Notes under the pieces: model-generated
The model's database searches: none
The model's input: the letters and a program-made list of their open reading frames with translations, nothing else
Told to the model about the DNA's origin: nothing
Position numbers and translations under genes: made by a program
In this document: piece after piece, positions 17,444-23,514 of the stretch
How positions within the stretch are numbered: the stretch's first letter is position 1
Layout of the letters: each line of letters begins with the position of its first letter
Source: Candidatus Iainarchaeum sp.
GTDB lineage: Archaea; Iainarchaeota; Iainarchaeia; Iainarchaeales; 0-14-0-20-34-12
DNA: 32,000 nt
NCBI GenBank assembly: GCA_030649345.1
Contig: JAUSKK010000006.1
Location: 5,157 to 37,156, forward strand
Reading direction: 5' to 3'

Positions 17444-18019
17444 TTATTCAAAGTCTACTGCTGGAGCATTTTCTGCTCCTTCGGTTATGGCTTCAAAGAA
17501 TTCTTTTTCTTTTAAACCCATAAACCCTGCAATCAAAGAACCTGGAATTTGTTTAATGGCAGTATTGTACGATTTAATAGTGTCATTGAATTCATTGCGT
17601 GCAAAAGCAACCCTATTTTCAGTTCCTTCCAATTGAACCAATAAATCACGGTAAGCTTGGGTTGTTTGCAAGGTTGGATAATTTTCTGCAACCAGCAACA
17701 ATTTTGAAATTGTGGATTCCAATTCATTGGCTGTTTGAACTCTTTGAGATTGTTCAGATTGAGTTTGCCATTGAGTTCTTAACTCACTTAATTTGGTTAA
17801 AGTTTCTTGTTCAAAATTTCCAGAACCTTGAATAGTGCTAACTAAATTTGGAATTAAATCAACTCTTCTCTGGTATTGAGTTTCCACTTTAGCCCAAGAA
17901 TTGTTAACTCCTTGATCTAAAGAAACAAACGAGTTATAGGTTCCGAAAAACCATAAAACCAGCAAAACCACTAAAACAGCTATTCCTGCTAAAATCAATT
18001 GTCCTTTACTTAAAGCCAT
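17444..18019 (-). CDS. lemA: LemA family protein
   Basis: N-terminal TM, then YNSFVSLDQGVNNSWAKVETQYQRRVDLIPNLV, a typical LemA signature. GGAGG SD upstream. Adjacent to the TPM gene, as is commonly seen. Confidence 0.85.
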   Translation of the reverse strand: MALSKGQLILAGIAVLVVLLVLWFFGTYNSFVSLDQGVNNSWAKVETQYQRRVDLIPNLVSTIQGSGNFEQETLTKLSELRTQWQTQSEQSQRVQTANELESTISKLLLVAENYPTLQTTQAYRDLLVQLEGTENRVAFARNEFNDTIKSYNTAIKQIPGSLIAGFMGLKEKEFFEAITEGAENAPAVDFE

Positions 18020-18157
18020 TAAAATTCCTCCAGAATTTTAAATTTTCAAATTTTGCCATAAAATTTGAAACCATTCAAATATCACCTTTCAATTATACAA
18101 TTTTGTATAGTATACTATTCAATAAATGAAATTAATAAGCATATGCTTGAACAAAAA

Positions 18158-19273
18158 TTAAAGCAAAAGAGTTAATTGCTCGATAGGAATGGCTAATTTA
18201 ACTTCCCGCGTTTTTCCTCGTTTTTCTAATTTTTTTTCTTCCAAAGAAATTAAATGCATTCCAGCCAGTCTGTTTAATCTGCTTCGAAATTGCCGTTCAG
18301 TCAAAGGTTTTTTGACCAACAGACAATATTGTTCAAACAAAATTCCAGAATGACAAGGCTGAAGTTTGGATAATAGTTCAAGAACTTGTTTATCAATGGG
18401 GTCCAAACTTTTTTCAGCCCTGGCAATTTGCCGTGCGCTAATATCCGGCAAAATTTTTTGCAAATGAGTCAACAAAACTTTTTCTGAATTTTCTCGTTCA
18501 GCTTGTCTTCCAGCTTTCAAGATAGCTTCAATAGCAATACGGGCATCTCCATTATTTTTAGCAGCAAATCCTGCAGCCACATTAATGACTTCAGCATCAA
18601 CTGAGTTTTCCCGAAAAGCAAACTGAACACGTTCTTTTAGAATTGTTTTCAATTGAATGGGGGTATATGATTTGAATTCAATACTGGAATTAAAAAAAGA
18701 ACTGCGAACACGATCATCCAATTGAGATAAAAGCAATGGATTGTTTGAAATCAAAATAATAACTGGAGCATGTGCTACCGGCAAGCGCAATAATTCATAC
18801 AATAAAGTAGAGGCGTTTCCAGTATGCATTAATTGATCGGCTTCATCTAAAACAAGTATTGGATAAAAATCTGATTTTCGTAAAGATTCTTGCACGGACT
18901 CAAAAATTTCTTCACTGGACATTCCTCGCTTGGGCACAGCACACTTCATAAACGAAGCCAAGGCAGCTAAAACAAGATGCCGTGAATTGTATTCAAAGCA
19001 GTTCAAGTACAATGATTTTGCACGAGAAGAAAATTCCTGCAGTTCTTTTAATACAAATTTTGAAATTGCGGTTTTTCCTGTGCCTGGCAAACCAAATAAA
19101 AAAAAATTTTCTGCTTTACGCGCTTTAATCAAAGGTCTTAAACCTAAAGCCAAAGTTTGAATTTCATTTTCTCGGCACGGCAAACGGTCAGGTAAAAAAT
19201 CGGCATACAAACTGGCCTCATTTTTGAATACACTTAAAGAGTCAGGAAATGAAGAGAAAACATTGGAAGGCAT
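18158..19273 (-). CDS. cdc6: Orc1/Cdc6 replication initiator
   Basis: Walker A GLPGTGKTA, Walker B LVLDEADQL, sensor regions, C-terminal winged helix. ATG at 19273 preferred over the GTG at 19333. Confidence 0.85.
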   Translation of the reverse strand: MPSNVFSSFPDSLSVFKNEASLYADFLPDRLPCRENEIQTLALGLRPLIKARKAENFFLFGLPGTGKTAISKFVLKELQEFSSRAKSLYLNCFEYNSRHLVLAALASFMKCAVPKRGMSSEEIFESVQESLRKSDFYPILVLDEADQLMHTGNASTLLYELLRLPVAHAPVIILISNNPLLLSQLDDRVRSSFFNSSIEFKSYTPIQLKTILKERVQFAFRENSVDAEVINVAAGFAAKNNGDARIAIEAILKAGRQAERENSEKVLLTHLQKILPDISARQIARAEKSLDPIDKQVLELLSKLQPCHSGILFEQYCLLVKKPLTERQFRSRLNRLAGMHLISLEEKKLEKRGKTREVKLAIPIEQLTLLL

Positions 19274-19516
19274 ACTTGAAGAAAGATCAAAGAATTTAAA
19301 AAATGCGTACAGAAGACTTCCGGTTTCAAACACAACGAAATGGCTAAAAAAGAATGATAAAAGGCATATTAAAGTTAAAGGAAATAGCTGGGGTTTCCGT
19401 TGATTTAAATACTCGCAAATTATTAGGAACTACAATGCGTTGAATGAATAAAAAGCATGTTTGATTTCAGTTTGCTGAATTAAACAGTATTCAACACATT
19501 GTACGAGGTGGAATAA

Positions 19517-19711
19517 ATGAAAACAATCCGAAATTTAAAAAACCTATATTTGGCTGAATTAGAGGATAAAAAAAACCAATTACTGGAAAGGCTCAGTTTA
19601 GGAAAATCCAATAAAAGAGACAGAAATGCATTATACGAAGTCTTAGGAGTAATGGACTATAAAGCAAGAATTAGCCAAGAAAGAATTCTGCCAATCTCTG
19701 AATGCTTTTAA
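19517..19711 (+). CDS. Hypothetical 64-aa protein
   Basis: GAGGTG SD 6 nt upstream of the ATG. The stop overlaps the left arm of the hairpin element at 19710. Confidence 0.4.
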   Translation: MKTIRNLKNLYLAELEDKKNQLLERLSLGKSNKRDRNALYEVLGVMDYKARISQERILPISECF

Positions 19712-19772
19712 ATGAGTGATGCAAATATTTAGCAAAATAATATACTTGCTTTATACACCGCATCACTCATTT
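19710..19772 (+). repeat. Conserved-core hairpin element, copy A (core 19719-19763; 13-bp outer stem; followed by T5)
   Basis: aaatgagtgATGC...GCATcactcattt. The core is 39/45 identical to 30812-30856, while the flanking stem sequence is unrelated between copies. Confidence 0.7.
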
Positions 19773-19811
19773 TTAAACTAAGCTCTTCAATCTCTCAACA
19801 AGTAGCTCAAA

Positions 19812-19859
19812 AGAGTGTTTGGTAATTCCCGATTACCAGCACTCTGCCCTGGCAAGGGC
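19812..19859 (+). other. GC-rich double hairpin in the leader of the pilin-like locus (candidate cis-regulatory leader or small RNA)
   Basis: Hairpin 1: 19812-19817/19840-19845 plus 19821-19826/19832-19837. Hairpin 2: gccc(19846-49)/gggc(19856-59). A T5 run follows at 19872-19876. Confidence 0.35.
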
Positions 19860-19901
19860 TTAAACCCACACTTTTTAAATAATTTGAATAAAATAATAAA
19901 T

Positions 19902-20213
19902 ATGAGTGATGCCCATTTAGACCATGGAAGTACTGGCCCAACACCAGCCAGTTCAAGTACTGGTTCTGGAATTGAAGGCTGGGTTAGTAAATTAATTACC
20001 TATGTTACTTCTCAAATTCGAACCTTTGTGGCTTTCTTATTTTTTGTTTTCACACTAGGAGCAGTATTGGGAATTTTAATTATGTACAAAGCACCTCAAT
20101 ATGCAGGCTTGCTTGTTTTAGCTCCAGCAATCATGGGTTTGTTGGCTTATTACAATACAACTATTGCAGTTGTTTTATTTATTTTATTTGGATTAATGAT
20201 TTCCATTCTATAA
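19902..20213 (+). CDS. Small membrane protein (about 103 aa, Ser/Thr/Gly/Pro-rich N-terminus, about 3 TM)
   Basis: ATG at 19902 preferred. The track's GTG at 19815 would translate the structured GC-rich leader. Confidence 0.5.
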   Translation: MSDAHLDHGSTGPTPASSSTGSGIEGWVSKLITYVTSQIRTFVAFLFFVFTLGAVLGILIMYKAPQYAGLLVLAPAIMGLLAYYNTTIAVVLFILFGLMISIL

Positions 20214-20283
20214 TCAGGCTTTTTAAGTTAAAGAAAGCTTTTTAGATTCTACGCATTTCAATATCTATGCTAAGAGAGTGTGT

Positions 20284-20805
20284 ATGAATTCAAATGGATT
20301 TTTTTCAATCATAGGTTTTCTAATTCTTGCCAGCTTAATTGTATTTTCTGGATTTGAGCTGGAAAGAACCACTGAACTCAACCAAGCTTTATTGATTGAA
20401 GAAAAGTGGGAAATTCAAAAATTGAAAGAAAATGAAATTCAAGAAAATCTTAAAACAGTTTGGAAAGAAAACATTCGTCAGCTAATTTTAAAAAAAGAAA
20501 TTGAAACACTTAAACTAAAGCAAACACTGGTTCAGGCAACATTCAATTTTTTAGAAAATTATGTTCAAATCGATCCAGAATTAAACTTTTATATTGAACA
20601 CGAAAACCAAATAAACTCTGTTTCTGTTTTGGAATTAAATTCTATTATTTTCGTTACCATTATTCACACCCAACCGGTTTTCTGGATTAAAGTACAAATA
20701 ACTCAAACAGGCAATGATGCAAAATTATGCTGGAAAAAAACAATTGGAACTAACACATTCCATCAATGCTTGCCTCAGCAATTTGAGTTAGAGGCACTGA
20801 TATGA
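20284..20805 (+). CDS. Putative pilin-like/pseudopilin protein (weak class III signal)
   Basis: MNSNGFFSIIGFLILASLIV N-terminus followed by a soluble domain. ATGA overlap with the next pilin-like gene. Confidence 0.4.
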   Translation: MNSNGFFSIIGFLILASLIVFSGFELERTTELNQALLIEEKWEIQKLKENEIQENLKTVWKENIRQLILKKEIETLKLKQTLVQATFNFLENYVQIDPELNFYIEHENQINSVSVLELNSIIFVTIIHTQPVFWIKVQITQTGNDAKLCWKKTIGTNTFHQCLPQQFELEALI

Positions 20806-21161
20806 AATCCAGTAAAGGATTTGGAGCCAGTATTGAAGTTTTCTTAGTATTCTTAGGCTTGCTGTTAATGGTTCATTTAAGTTTGAATGCATTTTCGTTC
20901 AAATCATTAAACTTAGCTGAACAAGAAAAAGAAATGCAAGAATTAAACCAAATTCAATTACTGGACTTAAATATAGATTGGACACAGATCGAAAATTCAG
21001 GATATTTAAATAAACAAAATATTGCAAAAATGAAATGGGAAAACGGAAAGAGTATTCAAGCTCAGCTTTCAATCTGTTCAAAAACAGAAAAAAGATTTGA
21101 ACGAATTGATTTTCAAAACCAGCAAAAAGTACGTATTACTTGGAGGCTTTGTTTTGAGTAA
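20802..21161 (+). CDS. Archaeal type IV pilin-like protein (class III signal peptide)
   Basis: MKSSKGFGASIEVFLVFLGLLL: basic residues, then Gly, then a hydrophobic helix with Glu. GAGG SD upstream. Confidence 0.6.
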   Translation: MKSSKGFGASIEVFLVFLGLLLMVHLSLNAFSFKSLNLAEQEKEMQELNQIQLLDLNIDWTQIENSGYLNKQNIAKMKWENGKSIQAQLSICSKTEKRFERIDFQNQQKVRITWRLCFE

Positions 21162-21516
21162 AGGGTTTGGCTGGTTATGGGAAATTTTGCTAACATTAAT
21201 CTTATTGGGATTAACCGTACAGATACTTTTACAAGATTCGCCTAAATCAAATATAACCGAATTAAAAGTATTTTATTTGCAAACCGATTTATTGAATATT
21301 TGGTTAAAAAAAGAAAACCTAAACCTAGAGGAAATGTTGGAAGATTTTGAATGGGTTTTTCCAAATGCAAATGGCTGTGTACGCATAAATCTGGAAAAAA
21401 AATGCATTGAAACAAGAATACCTAGAAAGACAAATGTACAAAGCTTGTCTGTTTGGAAATATCAAAATCAATCATTTAAAAAAATTCAAATAGACCTGTT
21501 TATTCCAGTAAATTGA
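21154..21516 (+). CDS. Archaeal type IV pilin-like protein (class III signal peptide), TTG start
   Basis: A GGAGG at 21143-21147 precedes the TTG at 21154, giving (M)SKGFGWLWEILLTLILLGL, the same SKGFG...E pattern as the preceding gene. The track's longer ORF (21097) overlaps the upstream gene. Confidence 0.5.
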   Translation: MSKGFGWLWEILLTLILLGLTVQILLQDSPKSNITELKVFYLQTDLLNIWLKKENLNLEEMLEDFEWVFPNANGCVRINLEKKCIETRIPRKTNVQSLSVWKYQNQSFKKIQIDLFIPVN

Positions 21517-21898
21517 CTTGAATTTCATTGTTTTCTTTCAATAATTGAATTGGACATTGAGTTAAGCAAACAAATTGAACAGGTTTTACAGAAACTGAAA
21601 GTTGTTTTTCAAGCATTTGTTGGTTCCAGTTAATTTGGATTTTGTCTTCATAAAACAAAACACGCCATTCTTGGCTGGAATGAATATTTAATTTAAGACT
21701 AGATCCATTGGATAAAAAAGATAATTCTTCAATCGAGTTTTGTATTTGGCTGGCAAAAAAGTCTGCTTTTTTGAATTCAAACCAGTCTAAAGATTTGTGG
21801 TAAAATTGTGTTAAGATTGGAAAAAATAATAAAAAAAAGGAAAGAACAGCCATGGTTAAAATCAAAAATTCTAAGCTGGCTTGTCCTTGCTGGATCAT
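21500..21898 (-). CDS. Archaeal type IV pilin-like protein (class III signal peptide)
   Basis: MIQQGQASLEFLILTMAVLSFFLL is a classic G-Q-x-S-L-E-F class III motif. ATG at 21898 preferred over 21946. The 3' end overlaps the convergent gene by 17 nt. Confidence 0.65.
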   Translation of the reverse strand: MIQQGQASLEFLILTMAVLSFFLLFFPILTQFYHKSLDWFEFKKADFFASQIQNSIEELSFLSNGSSLKLNIHSSQEWRVLFYEDKIQINWNQQMLEKQLSVSVKPVQFVCLTQCPIQLLKENNEIQVNLLE

Positions 21899-21899
21899 T

Positions 21900-22076
21900 T
21901 TAGATCTTCTCGATTTGTTTAAACACGGAATCCATTTTTTTATCAAACTGGTCTGCGGCTTGATTTCCAGTAGACTGTAAACGCGTTACAATCAACAACA
22001 CCATGGCAATCACTGCAGCCAATAATACAATTAATTCCAGCGATACTTGCGCTTTTTCTGAATGCATGAACTTCAT
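21900..22076 (-). CDS. Unlisted 58-aa pilin candidate (class III signal peptide; small major-pilin-like)
   Basis: Hand translation: MKFMHSEKAQVSLELIVLLAAVIAMVLLIVTRLQSTGNQAAADQFDKKMDSVFKQIEKI. A GAGGAGG SD ends about 8 nt upstream of the ATG. The stop lies 1 nt before the next ATG. Confidence 0.6.
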   Translation of the reverse strand: MKFMHSEKAQVSLELIVLLAAVIAMVLLIVTRLQSTGNQAADQFDKKMDSVFKQIEKI

Positions 22077-22150
22077 ACAACCAACCTCCTCTTAGCTTAA
22101 TTAAAGTTTGAATTAAAAGTATTTAAAAAACTACTCTTCTAGTTTAATTT

Positions 22151-22759
22151 ATGACCATCAGCCCAGAAGAAAGAAAAGACTTAATCATTAGTTGGCTGAC
22201 GATTTCGTTGGCTTTTACGTTTTTGTTAAGCGGTCAGCTCATTCCAGGTTTTTCGTTTACCAGCAATTTAATTATTGCTTTTTTCATTTCAGCAATAGCT
22301 ACAGGCACGGGTTTTGTATTGCATGAATTGGCCCACAAATATACGGCTATTTCGTTTGGAGCTCATGCAGAATTTCGGGCTTGGCCTTTTGGATTACTGT
22401 TAGCTTTAGGAACTGGAATTTTTTCTTTATTCAGTGGATTTAATTTTATTTTTGCTGCACCTGGAGCAACCTATGTTTTTGGAGATGAACGAATTGGAGC
22501 CAAACAAAATGCATACATTTCTTTAGCTGGTCCTTTATTGAATGTAATCATGGGCTTAATCTTGCTGGGTATAGCTAGTTTGTTTCGCCGAGATTTAATT
22601 GGATTTATTTTATCTGGAGCAGCGAGCATTAATTTCTTTTTAGCATTCTTTAACATGATTCCCATCTACCCATTGGATGGAAGCAAAGTATTCAATTGGA
22701 ATGTATTGGTCTGGGCTATTGTATTTGTTCCATTATTTGCGTACATTTTTATTTTATGA
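22151..22759 (+). CDS. Site-2 protease family (peptidase M50) membrane metalloprotease
   Basis: HELAHKY (HExxH) in a TM helix and NMIPIYPLDGSKV (NxxPxxxLDG); polytopic. Confidence 0.8.
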   Translation: MTISPEERKDLIISWLTISLAFTFLLSGQLIPGFSFTSNLIIAFFISAIATGTGFVLHELAHKYTAISFGAHAEFRAWPFGLLLALGTGIFSLFSGFNFIFAAPGATYVFGDERIGAKQNAYISLAGPLLNVIMGLILLGIASLFRRDLIGFILSGAASINFFLAFFNMIPIYPLDGSKVFNWNVLVWAIVFVPLFAYIFIL

Positions 22760-23007
22760 AGAAACCAGGAATTCAAAAATTTAGTTCTGAAAGAAAAGGA
22801 TTCAAACCTTTGGTTTATTTTAAAGGAAGACGCGAACATATTCAACGAATGCGAGCTTCAGAGATTGAACAAACTTTAAGTCAAGCTGGAGTGCAATTTT
22901 CTGATTTAGAAACCAAAAAAAGAATTGCAAAAGAATTTAAACAAACAGTTTTGAAAGCTGTTCGTACAATACGAAAAGAAAGATTGTTTGGATTTAAAAA
23001 ACAATGA
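22756..23007 (+). CDS. Hypothetical 83-aa basic protein
   Basis: ATGA overlap with the M50 stop. Ends at a TGA that is in frame with the next ORF. Confidence 0.4.
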   Translation: MKKPGIQKFSSERKGFKPLVYFKGRREHIQRMRASEIEQTLSQAGVQFSDLETKKRIAKEFKQTVLKAVRTIRKERLFGFKKQ

Positions 23008-23088
23008 AAAGGAAAACCACGGGTTCCAACACTGCATGAAATTATTGAATTAAAGTTAGGAGAAAAAAGAGTTTTAGTTAAAGTCACC

Positions 23089-23514
23089 ATGACACCCAGC
23101 GGACAAATTTTAGTTCGACAGCATCCAGTAACACACGGGGTTACAGGTGCTTTTGTTGAAAAATTTTCTGCATTTGAAGATCTTCAAAAAATACTAACCC
23201 AAGGATTCTGGGGACGTATGGCACCCAATGTAAGTTTCGTTAATCGTTCAAAAAGACGAATAATGGCTATCGCTATACTCAATCAAAAACCAGGACTTAT
23301 TTACGATGACAAATACGCCATTGAAATAATGGCTCCTTTGGAAACCAATGAGCCTGAATTTGTACGAAGAGCTGAACCCAATCAAATACTGCGCATTAAT
23401 ATTGAATTAGACTGGAAGCATCCGGAAAGAATTGAAGAGAAAAAAAGATTTTATAAAGAGCAATTAAAAGGCTGGCCAATTCATTTCATTTTCCATAAAC
23501 AGTTAACTCATTAA
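23089..23514 (+). CDS. Hypothetical protein (141 aa from the first ATG; the frame is open back to 23008)
   Basis: Same frame as 22756..23007, separated by one TGA. No SD before the ATG at 23089. No recognisable family. Confidence 0.45.
   Translation: MTPSGQILVRQHPVTHGVTGAFVEKFSAFEDLQKILTQGFWGRMAPNVSFVNRSKRRIMAIAILNQKPGLIYDDKYAIEIMAPLETNEPEFVRRAEPNQILRINIELDWKHPERIEEKKRFYKEQLKGWPIHFIFHKQLTH

Noticed and set aside
18020-18157. Origin-recognition-box repeats between cdc6 and lemA
   Set aside because: There are only short AT-rich palindromes (tttcaaatttt/aaaatttgaaa, AAGCATATGCTT). These fit terminator or promoter roles, and no repeated ORB-like element is present.
19710-19772. Core hairpins as C/D-box or H/ACA guide RNAs
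   Set aside because: GUGAUGC in copy A resembles a C box, but it is part of the variable stem and is absent from copy B. There is no CUGA D box and no ACA immediately 3' of the basal stem.
19780-19880. GC-rich leader as a tRNA or other known small RNA
   Set aside because: The main hairpin has a 6-bp stem with a 5-nt loop, not a 5-bp/7-nt anticodon arm, and has no T-arm or acceptor pairing. It also has no C/D (RUGAUGA...CUGA) or H/ACA layout.
23005-23007. Genome-wide reassignment of TGA as a sense codon
   Set aside because: TGA terminates several well-supported genes in the window (vapB-like 3204-3206, 10745-10747, 20803-20805, M50 22757-22759) at positions where the next gene starts. Only a local event is considered.
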